Assembly: GCA_003614675.1 (NCBI GenBank)
Contig: ML002270.1
Location: forward strand, 1 to 52,821
Length of the DNA stretch: 52,821 nt
Direction: 5' to 3'
Source of the DNA: Dimargaris cristalligena
Lineage: Eukaryota
In this document: in pieces, positions 47,701 to 52,821 of the stretch
Layout: every line of letters begins with the position of its first letter
How positions within the stretch are numbered: the first letter of the stretch is position 1
Position numbers and translations under genes: made by a program
Notes under the pieces: model-generated
What the model was told of the DNA's origin: nothing
The model's database searches: none
What the model saw: the letters and a program-made list of their open reading frames with translations, nothing else

Positions 47701-49146
47701 ACCGTGAAGCGGGCCACTGCCGAACTCAAGGAGGCGGAACTACGCTACCAGACCGAGGCTGCCAAGGCTTCGGAACTAGCCGATTCGCTCAAGGCCTACC
47801 GGGCCCGCTTGGATGACGTGATGGTCCAGCTCGAGGCCGCCGAGGTCGAAAAGCTCAAGGCCCAGAAGAGCGAGAGCCACGTCAAGGCCGCTCTGCAGGA
47901 CTGGAATGATCTGGTGGATAAGGTCAAGGAGGATCGCGAGGCTGCCGAAGGCCAGACCCGTATGCTGGAACAGCGCCTATTGCACCTGCAGGCCAAGATG
48001 GACGAAGACGCTCTGATTATCGCCGACTTGGCTCACGTCCGCCATCGGCTCCAGGAGGAGGTCCAGGTGGTCACCGAACACCATAAGAAAGACATTGAGG
48101 AGCACGACCAGACCATGCACGCCATGCGCACCAAGTACCAGAAGGAATTGGAGGACCTAACCGCCGAACTTGAAAAGGAGAAGGCCGCCGGGATCGAACT
48201 GCGCGAACATAACATTGCCCTCGGTAAACAGACCGGCGAACTGGAGCGTAAACTGGAAGTCGAATCCAAATGCTCGGTGGCCTTCCAGCGCGAGAAGGAG
48301 CGTATCGAAGAGAAATGGAACAATCTGCAGGGTGGCTACACCGAGACCCAGGCCAGTCACTCGGCGGTGCGAGAACGGGCGGCAGCGCTCACGGATCAGG
48401 TGCGGGACCTTATGGCTCGCCTCGAGGAGACCCAGGCCCAGAGTGACATGTCCACCAAGACCCGTAAGCATCTCGAACTGCGCCTCGAAGAGATGGATAC
48501 CAAGGTGTCGGCAACCAACAAGCAGTGTCAGCAATTAGAGAAGTCCCTGGCTATGGTTGAAACCGAGGCCAAGCAGCTGCGGGAGCAACTCGAGGAAGAG
48601 CGCGATATTTCCGAGACGGCCATTTCCAAACTCAACAAGGTCGAGGAGCTCCTCAAGGACAACCAAGACGAACTCAACCGCGAGCGCCAGACCAACACCG
48701 AGTTGACCAAGGCCAAGATCCAGCTGGAGAAGCAGATCAAGGACCTTAACCTGCGCCTGGTGGATCTCGAAATGTGCTCCATGGCCGACTATTCCCGCGG
48801 TACCCACCGGTTCACGTCAGTTCCGGCTAACCTGACCCAGCAGCTCGAAAGCGAGGCCAAGGAAAAGAACGAAACCATGCGCAACACCCGCAAGATGGAA
48901 CGGATGATCCGCGAGCTGCAGTTCCAGGTCTCCGAGCGCGACAAGCTGAAGTCGCGCCAGGATGAGGAGATGAAGCGCATGGACCAGAAACTTCAGCGCA
49001 TGAAGACCCATATCGACGAACTCGAGTCAGTCGAGAATAGCCTCCAGCTCAGCAAGCGCCGGGCCGAACGGGAGGCGGAGGAACAGCGGGAATACTCGAA
49101 GCGGCTCGAGCGGGAATTGGAACGTATTAAATCACGTTTCGCGTAA
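41734..49146 (+). CDS. MYO1: Conventional myosin type II heavy chain; 3 coding exons, about 2311 aa
   Basis: Exons 41734-41952, 42266-42594 and 42759-49146. SH3-like N-terminus (KRYVWVPD), [23 protein letters not shown]-loop [19 protein letters not shown], switch [10 protein letters not shown], switch [20 protein letters not shown], two IQ motifs, the head-rod proline (QVKPLL) and a very long coiled-coil tail. Symbol follows S. cerevisiae naming (S. pombe myo2). Confidence 0.98.
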
Positions 49147-50654
49147 GTGTCTAAACCACTTCCATTCTATCTATATTTATCAATTCTTATTACTGTTTAT
49201 TTTCCTATTCGAATGTTGGGGGGCCGTTATTTTTTCTATTGCACTATTTCTTATGAGGTACTTCCGTCTTTATCGCGATTCTTTTTTCATGGATCTGCCG
49301 ACATCGGCACCAACACCAAATTCGGACTATTCTTCGCTATTGCTTTTTCTACGTATGAGGCTTGCCCTGGGGCTATACACCCGATACGCTATCCTCACCC
49401 GTTTGAAACATTCATCGTACCGCCTGCCTTTTAATTGACCCACGGTATTCATTTCCGATGCTGCGATTTTGTCCGATGTCACTGCGTTTCCCCTTATAGT
49501 GCAGCTTAGCCCCCTTTATCCCTCTAGTTTAGCGGTAGCAACGTAGCGGCTGAACGATTTAGCAGATTCTTCTCCTTAGGCCACCCACACATATATACAC
49601 TCTATCCTCTTCCACCGACGTGCGCGTATTCCCCCCACCCTGCTACTGCCTTTGGCCGTCATCGTCGCGATCGTTCGAGCGCTTCCTCCCCTCCCCTCCC
49701 CCCAATTTTTTTTTGGACCCTACCTACCACCTAAAACGAATTCTAACCACACCTTCCGTATCTTTGCACTTTTTTGTTATCCCATCCTTCACTTCTCTTT
49801 TCCCCACCGAACACTCTATCTCCAAACACGCACCAACTCCGTATTTACTCCGACCTGCTTTGCATCTGCGTATCGTTTTCCCTATCTCACCCTCTCTCTT
49901 TCTCTCTCTCTCCCTCTTTATTCGCGGTTGGCCTCTCCTTCCCCCTCTTAGTGCGTCTGATCTCCTTAGTATTGACATCTCGATTACGTAACCAACCCGA
50001 TTCCTGCGCGGCCCGTCCTGCCCCGCGGCATGCTTTACTCCCCGGTCTAGCATTATTCCAGTGACATTGTTTCTACAATTCTTATTGTTCCTTCCTTCAG
50101 TATTTACCTATATTACATATATAATTATTTGTGGTTAATTTTTAATAGTGCCCTTTGATGGGGGGGGCGTGGCTTGGTTATATCCTAACCTGGACTCTCG
50201 GTGGTTTTAAATCAATATAATGTTTATTTTAGTTTACGCATTGGTTTAGTATTTAGCAATAATGGAATTGTCTTGAAGGCCGTACTGATTTAATTTAGAA
50301 TGGTGTAAAATAGTGGCTAGGGTAATACGAATAGATGATGCTTTGGTGGAATTTTGTATTCTGAATAGGGGAGGTGCTTCGAGTGACTCAATTGGGGGCT
50401 TCAACCGAGGTGTTAGGTGATATTTTTTTATTTGATCCGCCTACTTTAATCTACCAGGACTTGGTGGTTTTTGCTGCGTCTTTACCACAATGGACATTCA
50501 CTTTACATTTCTACAGCTATTTAACAGTTAAGCGAAATAGCCTGTCTGATTATTAATGTGATAGTGTCACCCCCTTGTTCTCCTTTCTTGAAAGTTTCGG
50601 ATTCATATATATAATTCCGCTTCCCAATCTACTACGTTGAGCAGTACCGCAAAA

Positions 50655-51693
50655 ATGAATGTCGGTGCTCTCCGCCCCTTGTTCTCAAGGATTCGCCCGG
50701 CGACCCTCCCCCGTCCGATTCGGAACTATGTAAGATTACCCTACGACAGCGACCAAGCCCGCCGAATCGTGATCAGAATCACCAAGCAGCAAGTTCTGGC
50801 TTTTTTCACCGAGCTTCGCTGAACTCCGCCATGCGGAAACAGCCCGCGCTTGTACTATTATTGCCCACGTTTGGTTATGAAACCACTTACGAATGTATAT
50901 ATACCTATTTGCATGCCTTCTGTGCGGTTAAATTCCCTAGTCCAAGGTGATCAAGTATACGAAGGCCCCCAGAGCCAGCTCTACCCCGACCCCCTCGTCC
51001 ACTTCTCGTCTCCCAACCGAGCACACGGCGCCGTCCAGCGAAGCGTCGACCTCGGCACCGGCCTCGGTCACGGAAGCGGAAACCAGCCCCGAGTCGACTG
51101 CCGCGGCGGCGGAGGAGGAAGCGGAGGCGATACCCCAAGCGCTGCTAACCGCATTGGACTCCATTGACCATTCGGCGTGGGGCACGTCCTACGACGGTAT
51201 CTCGGCACAACCCTTTGCGGCCCACATCAACGAAGTCCTTCTGCAACCCCTGGACCCGCGTGATATCGAAATCAAGCCCGACGGGATTCCCTACCTGCCG
51301 GAAATCAAGTACCGGCGGATTCTGAACCGCTCGTTCGGACCCGGCGGGTGGGGGCTGGTGCCCCGGGGTCCCCATACCCTGACGGAACGGTCCATCTCGC
51401 GCGAATACGCCCTCATTTGCCTGGGCCGGTTCGTGTCCCAGGCCCGCGGCGAACAGGACTTCTTCAACCCCAATGGGATGCCCACCGCGAGCGAAGGGTG
51501 CAAATCGAATGCCCTGATGCGGTGCTGTAAGGACCTGGGCATCGCTAGTGAACTTTGGGACCCGGCGTTTATCCCGAAATACAAGAAGCAGCACTGTGTC
51601 GAGGCATGGGCCGTGCACATCGATAAGGGCAACAAGAAAAAAGTATGGCGTCGTAAGGATCGGCCGCTTGAGTACCCCTGGAAGGAGGCTTAG
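50655..51693 (+). CDS. MGM101: Mitochondrial genome maintenance protein Mgm101 (Rad52-type annealing protein); 2 exons, about 275 aa
   Basis: Exons 50655-50729 (Arg-rich presequence) and 50941-51693, phase 0. Core [35 protein letters not shown] ... ARGEQDFF ... [26 protein letters not shown]. Confidence 0.95.
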
Positions 51694-52545
51694 AGTGCAG
51701 ACTCGGTTTGAAGTGATTTTTTGCGGCCAGTAATGACCGAGATTGTGATTGTCTGGTCTGTATGGCATCTTGTTTTTACCATTGTTATTTCTTCTTATTT
51801 TTATTTCGTTCGGTTACATACATACCCTCGATTATAAAATGGCGGTCTATCATACTTAACGGGTGCCTGATATGTTGTTTAGGTGACATGTTTGCCAAGT
51901 GTGTAAATAGGAAGGTATTAACGTGGACATACTAGATTGCCATCAAATATATGGGAGAAGTTCAACCAGACTGCATAACGAATAGCCCGTTGGATAAGGC
52001 AAATACCATTGACTGTAGATGAATCCACCGCCTATTTTCGTATACACACCATTTAAAGCCTTCTGCAGCTAGGCCCAATTTTACCCATATCTATATTATT
52101 TGGTGCCCTCAATAGGTGATTTATTGTCTCAGTGTCCCTTCGCTTCTTTTATTTTTTTTTGTACATTTATACCAGACAACCATCTCTGCTTGGTTGCCCA
52201 CTGCTTAGCTTAGTGTATGTAAGTCGCAACTTTCTATAAAACTTTGCTGTTTAGCCGATTCACTCCATGAAATCACAATAAATTCAATTAGATACTCTAC
52301 TGCAACTCAATAAATATATACATTGCTTTTAAACTACTTTAGACGGAAGCATATCATAATAGAAAAGAGACCTAGGCGCATGGTACTGGGATATTTGATG
52401 CTGGAAATACTGAAGATGTATCAATGATACTGTATATAAGGGAAGAAAGCAGTTGGGAGACAGTGGGTGCCTCTAGGTCATTAGTTTTATCGAATACTAT
52501 AGTCGACAGTGTTGTGGTCGCACTTAATACCACAAGGTAATATAG

Positions 52546-52563
52546 CCTGATAACCTTATCAGG
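52546..52563. repeat. Short inverted repeat containing two opposed GATA-type (TGATAA) motifs
   Basis: CCTGATAA-CC-TTATCAGG has perfect 8-bp arms and a 2-nt spacer. Confidence 0.7.
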
Positions 52564-52821
52564 GCCGGCTGGAGCAGTGTCAGTCCGGTGGAAAAACTAA
52601 CTAACTAAGGAAAACACACACTCGGCGGGGACGATTCTTATCTGATCTTCAGACAGGAGCAACTAGGGCAACCGGGGATCACGCAGGGATCCTTCTAGTG
52701 TACGGCAGATAAGGCACAATGAATGGGCTTGGGCCAAATTGACGACAGGGATAGAGCAAGACTGGTGGATCGAAATAACTAACTGGTAAACTATACTTAA
52801 TGTAAAAACTGCCTGTTTATT

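Noticed and set aside
42739..49011. Numerous antisense and alternate-frame ORFs over myosin (likewise over SAC1, ARG7, MFS and MGM101)
   Set aside because: These are shadow ORFs caused by GC3-rich codon bias of the real genes and carry no independent motifs.
49147..50064. ORFs following myosin, including the in-frame ORF directly after its stop (stop-codon readthrough)
   Set aside because: They are F/L/S/P-rich translations of pyrimidine-rich intron or 3'-UTR sequence, and the TAA-G context is not a known readthrough signal.

Overview
Eukaryotic (fungal) genomic DNA with GT-AG spliceosomal introns, CTAAY-like branch points and GCC(A/G)CC-like start contexts. Gene content and style suggest an early-diverging (non-Dikarya) fungus, which is inference only. 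I can support about 11 protein-coding loci. In order: a truncated coiled-coil/Ser-Pro-rich gene at the left edge, a 4-exon PLP enzyme closely resembling bacterial CobD, SAC1, a 2-TM PPxY-motif protein, ARG7/ArgJ, RNA15/CstF-64, a 719-aa Pro/Ser-rich protein, a DAL5/TNA1-type MFS transporter, a DUF4211/CCDC82-like protein with an N-terminal PIP box, myosin II heavy chain and MGM101. Two gene-poor stretches (about 13.7-18.4 kb and 28.3-35.0 kb) hold at most degenerate coding remnants. I found no tRNA, rRNA, CRISPR array or intact transposon, and no clear-cut novel multi-gene system. The best leads are the intron-containing CobD-like enzyme, an apparent inversion junction near nt 165, a tandem repeat that multiplies Gcn4/AP-1-like sites in the ARG7 promoter, a PIP-box DUF4211 protein sharing a forkhead-site-rich divergent promoter with myosin II, and a splice donor overlapping the myosin stop codon. 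All exon coordinates were derived by hand, without alignments or RNA data.
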